Shown one piece after another: positions 37,799 through 46,581 of a stretch of 64,000 nt of DNA. Numbering within the stretch: the stretch's first letter is position 1; the number at the start of each line of letters is the position of its first letter. The stretch is from an uncultured bacterium (GTDB lineage Bacteria > UBA8481): assembly GCA_964499705.1 (NCBI GenBank), contig CAZCME010000004.1:62001-126000 (forward strand), in the 5' to 3' direction. A program made the translations under genes and the position numbers. Under the pieces are notes generated by a model. It made no database searches. It was not told the origin of the DNA and saw nothing but the letters and a program-made list of their open reading frames with translations.

Positions 37799-39094
37799 TC
37801 ACAGCTGATACTGAAACCGGATAGCGGCGATATCCTCGTGATCGATGCCCCGTCCGGAAACAGTGATAGCTCGATTGAAGTCATAGTGCGTGTAGTCGGC
37901 GCCGATCATGATGTGACGGTTGGGCCACCAATGAAGGCCACCGGAGTATCCATCAAGTTCGCTCGCGCCCGTAGCGAAGCCGCCGCTGATTAATCGCTCG
38001 TCGGCGATGAAAGTTTCCCATCGGCCAACAGCTTCCCAGGCGCCCCACTCGCCTTTGGAGAAATCGAAGTTTTCGCGAGGCTTGATCGCTCCGCTGCGAG
38101 GCTTGTCCTCACCGGTCAGAACATAGCTCGCCGCCACATATCCGCTGTGGACATCGAGATCCGTCCTGATCCCCGCGCGAAAAATATCGTCGTAGGAGGC
38201 TCCCAAATATTCGCCCTGAAGAGAAAATGACCCGCGAAGAAACTGAGCCTCTCCTCCATAGCGGAGGCGGCGACCGGCATGTGTCGTGCCGGCAGCCCAG
38301 GTCCAGTACGATGTGCCGTACGAGGTGCGGAAGGTTTCGCCCGAGGCTCCCCACGCATCATCCTGATTGCCGATCGTTGCCGAACCGCCGACATACAGAA
38401 CCGATTTGCCGGCGGTGCCGATCCGCGCGACAAGGCGCGATGCGATGTCAAAATCGTCGTTGTTGTCGTCTTGAGCGGCAGCTCGCGGCGAGCCTGTCGA
38501 GAAGCGGCCGTTGAATCCTCCGACTGCATATTCGAGCGAACCACCGGCGATCTGTCCGAAAACCATCGCGCCGATATCTTCCGCCGGCCAGAGATTTGTC
38601 ACCGCAACAGACCTCTCGAGCAATGGCGTAAAGAGCGAGGACTGTGAACCTTCGAGCGAGAACGGCGTACCGAACTGGCCAACGCGCAATCGGAACGCGG
38701 GGTAACGCGTGTAGTCGAGCCATCCTTCGACGAGTCGGCTCTGCGCGGAAGAAGCAAAGTCCCCCTGCAGCCGATAGCCGAAGAAATTTTCAAGAACGCC
38801 GCGAATGTCGATTCTGGCGCGCCGAATGAGCGCTCTGTCGGACGCCGGATGGCCGTTTTGATAGAAGCGGCCGTCCATCTGCACCATGCCTCCAATTTTG
38901 AGCAAGTCATCGTGGCCGCGAAGGACATATCCCTCATCGTAAAGCGTGACGAGCCTCTTTTCTTCCGGCGTCTGGTTCTCGGGTTTCAGACGCAGCTCTT
39001 CGAGCACGGCTCGGACGACGGACGGCGTGTCGGTTTCGGCGCGCACGGGAAGAACCGCAATGATTAATACGAGGGGGAGCGTAAAGATGCGCAT
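37799..39094 (-). CDS. OprO/OprP-family porin
   Basis: IGGMVQMDGRF, IRRARI, VGQFGTPFSLE, YVLTGE, C-terminal RFQYQL. Confidence 0.87.
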   Translation of the reverse strand: MRIFTLPLVLIIAVLPVRAETDTPSVVRAVLEELRLKPENQTPEEKRLVTLYDEGYVLRGHDDLLKIGGMVQMDGRFYQNGHPASDRALIRRARIDIRGVLENFFGYRLQGDFASSAQSRLVEGWLDYTRYPAFRLRVGQFGTPFSLEGSQSSLFTPLLERSVAVTNLWPAEDIGAMVFGQIAGGSLEYAVGGFNGRFSTGSPRAAAQDDNNDDFDIASRLVARIGTAGKSVLYVGGSATIGNQDDAWGASGETFRTSYGTSYWTWAAGTTHAGRRLRYGGEAQFLRGSFSLQGEYLGASYDDIFRAGIRTDLDVHSGYVAASYVLTGEDKPRSGAIKPRENFDFSKGEWGAWEAVGRWETFIADERLISGGFATGASELDGYSGGLHWWPNRHIMIGADYTHYDFNRAITVSGRGIDHEDIAAIRFQYQL

Positions 39095-39098
39095 GAAG

Positions 39099-39479
39099 TC
39101 AATGACTGCCGAAGAAATGGAGGATCGGCTCCCATACCGGAGGCCAGAGCAATGTTGTTGCGATTCCGATTCCAATAAGAAAAACGGTGGCGAGGGTGGC
39201 CGGGCGGATGTCGCGGTTTCTGAGCAGAAAGTGAAGGACGATCCACGAGATGAGCCACGCCGCCAGTGCGAATGTCTCTTTTCCTGAATACGGGCCTATC
39301 CCCTGCGCTCCCGGGATCCATGCTTTTCCAAAACCGTGGATGGTTGTCTTCCAGGCTTCCGACATCTCCGCGGCGAGATGCGCCTTTGCAAGAGCCATCA
39401 TCCCTATGGCGACGCTCCACGCGGCCGCCGCAGCTCGTCCGAGAACAATATGTTTATTCGCCAGATGCGTTGCGATCAT
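39099..39479 (-). CDS. Hypothetical membrane protein
   Basis: GGAGG Shine-Dalgarno; three hydrophobic segments; GIGPYSGKE. Confidence 0.72.
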   Translation of the reverse strand: MIATHLANKHIVLGRAAAAAWSVAIGMMALAKAHLAAEMSEAWKTTIHGFGKAWIPGAQGIGPYSGKETFALAAWLISWIVLHFLLRNRDIRPATLATVFLIGIGIATTLLWPPVWEPILHFFGSH

Positions 39480-39501
39480 GGAAGCCTCCTCCCTGTCGTA
39501 T

Positions 39502-40104
39502 TCATACGGATTTCAATTTCGTGACGGCGGCGCCGAGCCCGAAGGCGACGGCAAAGTAGAAGAATGCAAGAACCAGCGCGGCGGCGGTGAATCGCCGAAG
39601 CCCCTTTGAGGCTAGCAGGTCGTCGCGATAGCTGAAGATGAGGTAGGCGATGAGAACGGTGAGCGGGAGCACGAAGAGCGCCGAGAATTCCTTGAACTCG
39701 AACCAGACCTTGTGAATCTCGGGAGAGTTCGCCAGGAAATAGGAGCGAGGAGAATCAGGAACATTGGCGCGATAGGGAATATAGATCCAGTTTCCCGAAA
39801 TCGTTGTCGCGAGCGCGGCAACGACGTAAGCCACGCTTCCGGCTTTCAATTCCGTCAGTGACGGGTGTCCTCCGAACCAAAGCCTGTATGCCTGATAGAG
39901 ACCGACGGTGGCCGCGACCATGAGGAGACTGGCCGAAACGCCGTGGATGAGTCCCCGGTATGCGTATCCACCGCCGAACAGTGCCAGGAAAGGCGCGCTC
40001 ATCATCAGCGTAATCGCCGCCACGAGCGCCATGATTCCAAGCGAAACAACAATGGCCGTTCTGGGATCCTCACGCAATTCTGAATTCATACTGCATCCTC
40101 CCAT
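39502..40104 (-). CDS. Hypothetical polytopic membrane protein
   Basis: About five TM segments; IHG, GNWIYIPYRA, HKVWFEFKEF. Confidence 0.75.
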   Translation of the reverse strand: MGGCSMNSELREDPRTAIVVSLGIMALVAAITLMMSAPFLALFGGGYAYRGLIHGVSASLLMVAATVGLYQAYRLWFGGHPSLTELKAGSVAYVVAALATTISGNWIYIPYRANVPDSPRSYFLANSPEIHKVWFEFKEFSALFVLPLTVLIAYLIFSYRDDLLASKGLRRFTAAALVLAFFYFAVAFGLGAAVTKLKSV

Positions 40105-40153
40105 GTTACATTTTCAATATTGTTGAGATTCTACACTCAGAGGAGTGACCATG

Positions 40154-40174
40154 CTGTGGGGCTAAACCCTACAG
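40154..40174. promoter_or_regulatory. Putative transcription factor site, copy 3
   Basis: CTGTGGGG-CTAAA-CCCTACAG near-perfect palindrome. Confidence 0.5.
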
Positions 40175-40223
40175 GCGAATTTCCTGACAGGGTTTCAGCA
40201 TAAACCATCAAATCCGTTCTCAA

Positions 40224-40715
40224 CTATTTCACGCTGATCATGCCGAGCGCGGGAGCGAAAGCGATCGTGCGGGAGGTGCGGCCGGGAACCCAGATGACCA
40301 AATCATTCGAAGTCTCGGTCAGCGGCACACCCACCGCGGAATGCGGACGCGCATTTCTCGGGAAGATGATCTGCGAGCCGTTGGGAGCGAACTCGCTGGA
40401 AGGCGCCCACGCCACGTTGCCGGGGAATTTTCGCGTTACATTCAAAGGACTTTTCGTATCGTTATCGTCGAGGCAGTGATATCCCGTTGCCAGACGCGTC
40501 AGCCGCGTCGTGTGGCGGGAAACCCGGGCGGTGGATTGAAGCCTTTCGATGTCAATGACGAGTTGCGATGAAGCCCGCGTCATCGAGCTTTGTGCGGCAT
40601 AGGCGCTTGCCGACATCACCATGACGCCGAGGACGATCACCGTAATGATCGTCACCATGAGAAGCTCGACGAGGGAGAAGCCACTCTCGCTCGCCAGAAG
40701 AATCGATCTTCTCAT
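40224..40715 (-). CDS. Minor pilin/pseudopilin (FimT/GspH-like)
   Basis: Class III signal G|FSLVELLMV; ATGA overlap at 40712-40715. Confidence 0.85.
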   Translation of the reverse strand: MRRSILLASESGFSLVELLMVTIITVIVLGVMVMSASAYAAQSSMTRASSQLVIDIERLQSTARVSRHTTRLTRLATGYHCLDDNDTKSPLNVTRKFPGNVAWAPSSEFAPNGSQIIFPRNARPHSAVGVPLTETSNDLVIWVPGRTSRTIAFAPALGMISVK

Positions 40716-42115
40716 ATCATCTTCCGAAACGTTCCCGGAAAGAGAACGAGGCCGTATCCTTCCATGCCCATGAGCGGCAGGAACTGGCGCATGGAGTTCC
40801 ATCCGACGTAACCCCGCACGCTCAACTTTTTTCCGCACCCCAATCCGCCGCGGAGCCGGAGCAGGGAATTGCGCGCCTTGATTTCGCCGTTGCACCAGAT
40901 GTAGCCGTTGATGTGGGATTGAAACTTGTCAGTCATATTGCCATTGGAGACGCCCACTCCGAAATTCGGATCCGGGGTTCCCGGCGGATTGAAATTCTGG
41001 AGCGGCGTCAGCACCTCGCTCAATTGTTCGTTGTACGGATACGGAGTTCCCGGCGGATTGAAGTTGATGGGTTTCATGGCCTCGTTCAGCTCGTTCTTCC
41101 CGTTGAATTCGATCTTGGGCTTGTCACCCATCACGAGAAGCACCAACTGCACCGGCGAGGCGGCCTCCATCAGGATCCCGCCTTTGAAGGAAACTTTTCG
41201 GTCCTTGGCTTTTGCATACACGAGCGTTCCGACGATGCGACAGTTGTTGATCGTCACATCTCCTGTTGCCGGGCTGATGATATAGACGCCGAACGGATTG
41301 GCGGCGCCAAATGGATTCGATGTCGGGGAGAAGAGCATGTTCTTATATTCGCTCTGATACGGAATCACGGTGCCGACGGCCATGTACCATGACGAGTCAC
41401 CGGACGGAACCTGGATCTCATCCACGCCGGCAAGGCTTTCCCCAAGGACTTTTGCCGTAATGGCGCCGGACGCGTATCCGTCGCCGTTGAACGTCTTGTT
41501 GCCCTTGATATTTCTATTCGCGAAGGCTGAGCCGTGCGAGAGCGTATACGCGTCGACGGAAATATCTTCGGCGGAAAAAAGAACGTGCTTCGTCGCTTCC
41601 GCGGGCGCGGGGGAAACAATCTCCGTAAATGAATAGACGGCTCGACCGGCGACGCCCGTGCAGGAGAGCACAGCGGTCTCCCATGAGCGATCCGTAAAAT
41701 TACCGCCAGGATCCTTCAGGTTGGTCGAAAGTATGCCGTAACCGATCGGCGAATCCGAGATGTTGTAGGCTCCCGCCTGCGCGCGCGCCCGCCAGCTCCC
41801 GCTTCCCGATGCTTCATCATCGGCTCTGGCCCGGCGCAGGATCATCTCCCGAGCGGCCAGAGCGTACCGACGAGCGGAATCTTCGTCCTTCCTGTCGGTC
41901 TGAACGATGTTGCCCGAGACCACGCTCGTCGACATGGAGACCGCCAGAGCCGAGAAGACCAGCATCATGAAGCAGAGCATGACGAGGATGTAGCCGGACG
42001 AGGAAGAATCCGAAATCTGAAATCTGAAATCTGAAATCTGAAATGTTGGCGGATTGCCGCGCTCGGATTTGAGATTTGAGATTTTAGATATGAGATTTAA
42101 TATTTTAACGCACAT
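40712..42115 (-). CDS. PilX/GspK-like minor pilin
   Basis: G|YILVMLCFMML hydrophobic N-terminus lacking E5; ARRYALAA helix; beta-rich C-terminus. Confidence 0.75.
   Translation of the reverse strand: MCVKILNLISKISNLKSERGNPPTFQISDFRFQISDSSSSGYILVMLCFMMLVFSALAVSMSTSVVSGNIVQTDRKDEDSARRYALAAREMILRRARADDEASGSGSWRARAQAGAYNISDSPIGYGILSTNLKDPGGNFTDRSWETAVLSCTGVAGRAVYSFTEIVSPAPAEATKHVLFSAEDISVDAYTLSHGSAFANRNIKGNKTFNGDGYASGAITAKVLGESLAGVDEIQVPSGDSSWYMAVGTVIPYQSEYKNMLFSPTSNPFGAANPFGVYIISPATGDVTINNCRIVGTLVYAKAKDRKVSFKGGILMEAASPVQLVLLVMGDKPKIEFNGKNELNEAMKPINFNPPGTPYPYNEQLSEVLTPLQNFNPPGTPDPNFGVGVSNGNMTDKFQSHINGYIWCNGEIKARNSLLRLRGGLGCGKKLSVRGYVGWNSMRQFLPLMGMEGYGLVLFPGTFRKMI
42007..42106. repeat. 7-nt tandem repeats in inverted arrangement
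   Basis: (GAAATCT)x4 at 42012-42039, then degenerate (AGATTTN)n at about 42065-42106. Confidence 0.9.
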
Positions 42116-45100
42116 ACGCGCTCGCCTCCCCGCCGGCGTAGTGGAGCTGTTTCCCGTCGTAACTCACCACAATGTCGTACAATAGTCCCGAAGCGAGCCG
42201 GTCCTGGCGGAGAATACGGCCGTTCAGGGGGAGCGGCATATCGGCCCATATGTTGAATTTCACGTCCGATTTTGAGATCTCGGTTCCGTTGTAGCCGTAG
42301 CGAAGCTTCCACGCATCTTCGGCGCCGGCAACCCCGTACGTCGGATCGTTTTCTTCGAGTCTCGCCGCGGGCGCTCCGTAATTCACAGGCAGGAATGTGG
42401 CAATATCAGCCGTGACGTTGCCGATAATACCGTCCGGGTCCGGTATGATCCGGAACATATAGGTTTTGTCGACCTCCAGTGTCTCCTCAGGAAAGCTGAA
42501 GACATATTCCTCGAATTCGTCCGTCAGATCGAATACCGCCAGCCGATCCGACAATGTGATGATGTGCGTATGGTCGACATGGTCCCATTCCAATTGCACG
42601 GCTATCCCCGAGGAGAATGTCGCGGTGTTGGTGCAGACGAAGTCGTCGAAATTGACTTGCGTCGTTCCGGCGGAAAAACCGATGGAGCCGGATGCAATGT
42701 CATTTCCGACGGGCATGGAAATAATCTTCCGCAGTCCCGATCCGGTATCCACCCTGACCATGACGCTGTCATACGACTCCATCCGAACTTCGATCGGGAC
42801 GATATCTTTCGTGGCGAAAGCGTCCACGGACTCCGCGAGCAATCGCTCGCTCCCTCCTCCGATCCTGCGGACGAGCCGCAGATCCACGTCGTCCTTCGAG
42901 GAAGCCAACCGTAGAACGATGTAGTCGCTGTCGGACCGATACCGCACCATGATGTCCGCTTCGCCCGTGCGCGACTTGACCTTGATGTCGTCGTAGTGCG
43001 CATGACAAAGTCCCGCGGCAAATCCGAACGAACCTCGCGTTATGCCTCCATCGAACTTTGCCGTCAGTGTGCTGTCCGGACCTTGCAGGCTCAGCCGGTC
43101 GGCGTCCATCGTGATGGTCAACTTCTGCGCCGCGTTCACGGGTGTCACCATGGCCGCTCCGCCCATGGCGGTCACCACGCCCGAGATCACCTGTTCCGCC
43201 TGGGCGACAACCAAACCCGAGGGAGGATCTGGCGAGATTCGAACCCGGTAATAATTTGCCGAGTCCTCGAATCGGGCCACGACATACGTGTATCCCAGCG
43301 GCGTTCCAGGATATCCCTCGTGGTACGCGGCAACTCTGTCGTACGAGATTGTTTTTGATGGATCCATGCCGTCGAATCCGGCCGTGTTGGAAATAACATC
43401 GTCGGGATAGACATTCGTCCACGTCTTGACGAGCACGCCGTTGCGATACACACGCAGTGTCCGATCGTCCATCTCGAATCGAAATCGCTCCGTCGTATTG
43501 TTCTCGTGCATCGCGTCGAAACTGCTGCTTGTGGAAACTCCGCTTCCGTCTCCCCAGGCGGCAACGAGCTGCAGCTTGTTGCCGCTCTTTTCCTCGAGGC
43601 GCACCATCCGGACTCCCCTGTTATATCGAGCTCCGTTTCCCGTATCGGGATGAAAACCCGGAGACGCAAGAATGACAAGGACCTGAGCGGATGCGGTGGC
43701 GGTGCGCCGGATATCCAGTTCCACGGCGAAGGTGTCCGCGGACGCCGAGTTCCACGAGGGATAATTAAAGTACAATGGCGATGAAGTGGCGCTGACTCCG
43801 TTTCCCTGGTAACCGAGATATTGTATGCCGCCGGTCTTCGTGATATCGAAGTACGTCTTCCCCGCGAACTCCGTAAACCAGCCCGGATCGTCCGGCAGAT
43901 CGATACCTCCGGCGTCGTCGTCCTCGAAGTTGTCGGAGAAGACGGTGTTGGCTTCGAAAGTGCCTCCGATGCCCGGAGGAGACCTCCGGATATTCACGCT
44001 CATGGTGTCGATATTCCACAGGCCCGGCGCGGATCCCTTGGAGGCCATCATACCGAAATAGTTCGACGGCGCCGGCAGGATCGCGGTGAACCCGCCGAGC
44101 TTGAATCGAGGAACGCTGGCACTGAACGAAAGCTGGTAGATCTTCAAAACTCCCTGATACAAAACGAAGCGGATACGTCCGCTGTCGATATCCGCCTTCC
44201 AGCCGAGAATGTCCATGTCCGCGCCCACTGAAATGAGCGGTGAACCCGCACCGTTCCCGAGCCATGCGTGAAACCTGAGTTTATTGCCCGTCGTGACGTG
44301 ATCGAGGCTCACAACGATCGCGCCCGGTGGGCTCTGGCCTGCGCTTCGATTCGCGTAGAGCGTGTCCGGCGAAAAGAGAACGAAGAAGATGGAGTCGGCT
44401 CCCGTTGCGCAGAAGAGATTGAAGCTGACATCGACTGTGTCCGACCAATACGCAGTGTCCCTGTAATGAAGCCATGACCCGTTGCCGGCGCGCGTGTCGT
44501 CTCCGAGTGCTCGTCCGTCATCCGCAAGCGACGCTTCGACCTTGAAGTCCGGATTCGGCCCGCTCACCCACGCGGCCGGACGATTATCAAGAAGCTCGAA
44601 GTCAAATCCCGCGGCGTATGAGTCCATCATCGCATTCGCGCGCGAATCCGGGAACGGGCCGGACGGCGCGAGCGGCATCCAGAGATCGAAATCGGCCGTG
44701 ATGTCTCCCCATGCGGATGCGGGCGAATCCGCGGGAAAGAGAAAATGGAGCCCGTCATCCAGCAGATTCGTGACGATCGCCATGTTCATGGGCGCGTCAT
44801 CGGGCGGATCCGACCTCAGAAAATATCCCGCTCCCGGCACGGGACTCTCGATCCATTCCGAAAAGTCGGCGGTCAGCCCGTCATCGAGGAGAGTCGCGGC
44901 ACTGAACTCGTATGCGTAGAGATTCATCCGCGCAATAAACGCTCGAAAGCGATCCGTCGCGACGCGGAGGAGATGATCGACCGGATCAGAGAGGAGCGCG
45001 CGAAGAGCCGTCGGATAGGCGACAGAACTCCCGAAACCGTCGTCTCCGGTATTCGACGCGTCCCACAGGCCGGTCTGCGCGCCCGTATCCGTCCACAGCG

Positions 45101-45923
45101 ACAGATCGACAAACGTGTCAATGAAGTCTCCCGTGGTCGTGGCTCTCCTGAGAAAAAGGGAGACATCGCTGATTTCGTCGGTGTCCTCGGGAGCATTCCA
45201 CGTGAAGACGACGTCGCCGCCGGAAAACGGCCCCGTCTCCGATGTGCCGCCCGAGCCGCCGCGCGTGGCCAGCGCGTAACCGTCCGCGGCAAGCGTGACG
45301 ACGCCAGTGCCGGAGTCGGCGCCCGGAGACGTTGCAAGTGCTCCGGCATAATCGGGCCTGTCCTGATCGAAGACGAAAATCGGGAGGAGCGAATATATCA
45401 GGAGCGGCTGAGATTCATTTTTGAGCCTGTAAGCGCTGCGCGTGGCGGAGACGAAATTCACGTGGAAGCTGTCGACGTGATCGAGAACGGTAATCGTATC
45501 CGCTCCGTTCTCGGATCGCTGGATCGGATCTCCCGGAGTTCCCGACCAGTAATAACGAACGGTCCTCGTGACGAGAGTATCCGATCCGAGAATCACATCG
45601 AACGAGACTTCGTTGCCCGAGCTCTTGTCCTGCATCCCCAGGGAATTGATCACGTCCTCGTTCAGGCAATCGAGCCCGAGTTGAGTGGAACGCCCGGCCA
45701 GCGTTCGCACGTCGTATTGCCGCCACGTGTTGAGAGCCACTCGGCCGAGCGCCGCCGCCGCGACGCTCATGATCGCCGCCAGCGTCACCGCCAGCAGAAG
45801 CTCCACGAGAGTCATGCCCGCCGCTTGCGCGGAAATCCGAGCATGAAGGATTCTGATTTCGGATTTAGGATTTAGGATTTCCGGCAAAGCCGGCCGTATT
45901 TCCCCATATTCAGGGGCCGGCAT
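42105..45923 (-). CDS. Giant PilW/GspJ-like minor pilin (1272 aa) with beta-rich, lectin-like C-terminal domains
   Basis: G|MTLVELLLAV; VRYYW..IQRSE; FSDNFEDD; RGSFGF..HYDDIKV and SGSIGF..NFDDF ConA/LamG-like motifs. Confidence 0.8.
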   Translation of the reverse strand: MPAPEYGEIRPALPEILNPKSEIRILHARISAQAAGMTLVELLLAVTLAAIMSVAAAALGRVALNTWRQYDVRTLAGRSTQLGLDCLNEDVINSLGMQDKSSGNEVSFDVILGSDTLVTRTVRYYWSGTPGDPIQRSENGADTITVLDHVDSFHVNFVSATRSAYRLKNESQPLLIYSLLPIFVFDQDRPDYAGALATSPGADSGTGVVTLAADGYALATRGGSGGTSETGPFSGGDVVFTWNAPEDTDEISDVSLFLRRATTTGDFIDTFVDLSLWTDTGAQTGLWDASNTGDDGFGSSVAYPTALRALLSDPVDHLLRVATDRFRAFIARMNLYAYEFSAATLLDDGLTADFSEWIESPVPGAGYFLRSDPPDDAPMNMAIVTNLLDDGLHFLFPADSPASAWGDITADFDLWMPLAPSGPFPDSRANAMMDSYAAGFDFELLDNRPAAWVSGPNPDFKVEASLADDGRALGDDTRAGNGSWLHYRDTAYWSDTVDVSFNLFCATGADSIFFVLFSPDTLYANRSAGQSPPGAIVVSLDHVTTGNKLRFHAWLGNGAGSPLISVGADMDILGWKADIDSGRIRFVLYQGVLKIYQLSFSASVPRFKLGGFTAILPAPSNYFGMMASKGSAPGLWNIDTMSVNIRRSPPGIGGTFEANTVFSDNFEDDDAGGIDLPDDPGWFTEFAGKTYFDITKTGGIQYLGYQGNGVSATSSPLYFNYPSWNSASADTFAVELDIRRTATASAQVLVILASPGFHPDTGNGARYNRGVRMVRLEEKSGNKLQLVAAWGDGSGVSTSSSFDAMHENNTTERFRFEMDDRTLRVYRNGVLVKTWTNVYPDDVISNTAGFDGMDPSKTISYDRVAAYHEGYPGTPLGYTYVVARFEDSANYYRVRISPDPPSGLVVAQAEQVISGVVTAMGGAAMVTPVNAAQKLTITMDADRLSLQGPDSTLTAKFDGGITRGSFGFAAGLCHAHYDDIKVKSRTGEADIMVRYRSDSDYIVLRLASSKDDVDLRLVRRIGGGSERLLAESVDAFATKDIVPIEVRMESYDSVMVRVDTGSGLRKIISMPVGNDIASGSIGFSAGTTQVNFDDFVCTNTATFSSGIAVQLEWDHVDHTHIITLSDRLAVFDLTDEFEEYVFSFPEETLEVDKTYMFRIIPDPDGIIGNVTADIATFLPVNYGAPAARLEENDPTYGVAGAEDAWKLRYGYNGTEISKSDVKFNIWADMPLPLNGRILRQDRLASGLLYDIVVSYDGKQLHYAGGEASAYVR
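45848..45882. repeat. 7-nt tandem repeat tract
   Basis: GATTTCG GATTTAG GATTTAG GATTTCC. Confidence 0.8.
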
Positions 45924-46581
45924 TGATCTTGACTCCCATCGCCACCAGGATCGTCTCTCCTCTGCAGAGAACCGAGACTTGGATCAGCTTGGCGCCGGTC
46001 GCGGCATTCCACGCGATCGGTTTCCTCAGATCGCTCATCGAGACGGATTCGACCTTTCCACGAACGAGGAAATTCCGATAGTTTCCCGGGAGAGGATTTC
46101 CCCATTCGTCGTCAATGACGGGCCCCCATGTGAATCCGTGATAATCATCCACGTCATCCCACTCCCGCCGCGTCAGAATTCCGTCTCCTTCACCAAGCGA
46201 CGGCTCGTCCTTATTCCCGTCGTTGTCCGAGAAACTGTCAGGGGCGATATCGGACATATTGAGATAATCGGTATCCAGCGTATCGCGAGGCGTCCGGTCG
46301 AAACCGAGATCGTCGGAGTCTCCGTTGGTTCCCCGCGCAATGCCTGCGCTATAAACCGAGGAGTATTTTTTTGCCATGATCTCGGCGAGGAGGTAATTTC
46401 CGAGATACTCCGCCTCCACCCGATCTTCGCGATGCACGCCTTGCGCCGTCACGTTCAGGATGGCGACGAGAATCGCCAGCAGGCCAACCTGAAGAATGAC
46501 CATGCCGGCAAGGACCTCCGCCAGCAACAATCCCTCACGTCCGGACGGCCGATGGGGCGCCGATCCCCGACGCATCATCAT
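45910..46581 (-). CDS. PilV/GspI-like minor pilin
   Basis: G|LLLAEVLAGMV; LLAEIMAK; DDVDDYHG; ATGA overlap with the upstream stop. Confidence 0.8.
   Translation of the reverse strand: MMMRRGSAPHRPSGREGLLLAEVLAGMVILQVGLLAILVAILNVTAQGVHREDRVEAEYLGNYLLAEIMAKKYSSVYSAGIARGTNGDSDDLGFDRTPRDTLDTDYLNMSDIAPDSFSDNDGNKDEPSLGEGDGILTRREWDDVDDYHGFTWGPVIDDEWGNPLPGNYRNFLVRGKVESVSMSDLRKPIAWNAATGAKLIQVSVLCRGETILVAMGVKINAGP

Noticed and set aside
40105-40223. Possible c-di-GMP riboswitch in this and other intergenic regions (36983-37200, 37541-37798)
   Set aside because: The GEMM consensus elements were not found by eye; an Infernal/Rfam scan would be decisive.
26372-40223. Intact integrative element at tRNA-Ser or tRNA-Leu
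   Set aside because: No integrase or transposase, and no duplicated tRNA 3' end seen apart from the similarity between the two real tRNA-Ser genes.
42007-42106. CRISPR array interpretation of the repeats
   Set aside because: The units are 7-nt tandem repeats without spacers, and no cas genes are present.
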